Positions 63,315-64,000 of a stretch of DNA of 64,000 bases are shown here, piece after piece (the first letter of the stretch is position 1; each line of letters starts with the position of its first letter). Under the pieces are notes generated by a model. The model ran no database searches, was not told the DNA's origin, and worked only from the letters and a program-made list of their open reading frames with translations. This stretch comes from an uncultured cyanobacterium (GTDB taxonomy: Bacteria; Cyanobacteriota; Cyanobacteriia; Cyanobacteriales; Nostocaceae). The stretch is from assembly GCA_963740315.1 (NCBI GenBank), contig CAVUDP010000002.1, forward strand, positions 2,848,001 to 2,912,000, given 5' to 3'. A program made the position numbers and the translations under genes.

Positions 63315-63950
63315 GTAAAAAGCAAGTCCTAGATTGTTTAAAGCCGTACCTTCACCTTGACGGTATTAGATTTCTCTGGCGATCGCTAAAAATTGCTGAT
63401 GATAAATAATTGCTTTGGCGTAGTTTCCTAAATTTCGGTAAGCAATACCAAGATTACCCAAGGCTCTACCCTCAGATGAGCGGTTTTTGGTTTCTCTAGC
63501 AATTGCTAAAACTTGGCTATAATAATCAATTGCTTTTGGATAATTTCCTAAATTTCGGTAAGCAATACCAATATTAACTAATGCAATGCCCTCACTATTG
63601 TGGTTTTTGATTTCTCTGGCGATCGCTACAGTTTGCTCAAAGTAATAAATTGCTTGGTCATAATCTGCAAGATTTAGGTAAACAAAACCGAGATAACCTA
63701 TCGCTACACTCTCGCCATCGCGATCTTTAATTTCTTTTGCAATCGCTAACCCTTGCTCTAAATAATCAATTGCTTTGACGTAGTTTCCCAATCCCGAATA
63801 AGCATTACCAAGATTAATCAGCCCCTTCCACTCAGATGAGCGATCTTTAATTTTCCTGGCGATCGCTAAATGTTGCTCTTGGTAATCAATTGCTTTGCTA
63901 TAGTTTCGCAGATTAAGGTGAGCAAGACTAATATTATTCAGCGCCCAACC
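63315..63950 (-). pseudogene. 5' TPR part of the interrupted TPR-CHAT gene
   Basis: About 40-aa repeats of EGxALxNLGxAYxxLGNYxKAIDY. There is an in-frame TAA at 63366-63368, and the frame breaks again upstream at 63957-63959. Confidence 0.85.
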
Positions 63951-64000
63951 GCTCTGTTAAACTTACCCAAAACTACCAATATCTAGACATAGCTGAACAT

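Overview
A 64-kb chromosomal window from a filamentous, most likely heterocyst-forming cyanobacterium (Nostocales-type). The assignment rests on frequent HIP1 octamers (GCGATCGC), STRR heptamer arrays and the photosynthesis gene order. Core genes: ubiX, RNase R, ndhCKJ, rubA-ycf48-psbEFLJ, psaI, sigF, psbO, ftsQ-ftsZ, gshB, grxC, hflX, cofG, psbA (E130 form) and aroC; psbF, psbL, psbJ and psaI are absent from the supplied ORF track. The accessory and signalling content is the most interesting part: (1) an apparent operon of a coiled-coil protein, a Roadblock/longin-like-TM-BON-OmpA protein, a Rab-like small GTPase and a hybrid histidine kinase, divergent from a PatA-type regulator; (2) two paralogous two-gene modules, each a P-loop ATPase followed by a protein with a shared degenerate NTPase-like N-terminal domain fused to different repeat sensors (TPR-nSTAND-WD40 or TPR); (3) a PilP-like lipoprotein directly behind sigF; (4) a TPR-CHAT protease gene split exactly at TTAC by a tnpB-only IS200/IS605 element; (5) a RelE-family toxin inactivated by a premature stop next to an intact antitoxin; (6) a tandem pseudo-kinase/kinase protein of the shikimate-kinase fold. 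No rRNA, tRNA or CRISPR array was seen. All family assignments come from motif reading by eye; no database searches were run.
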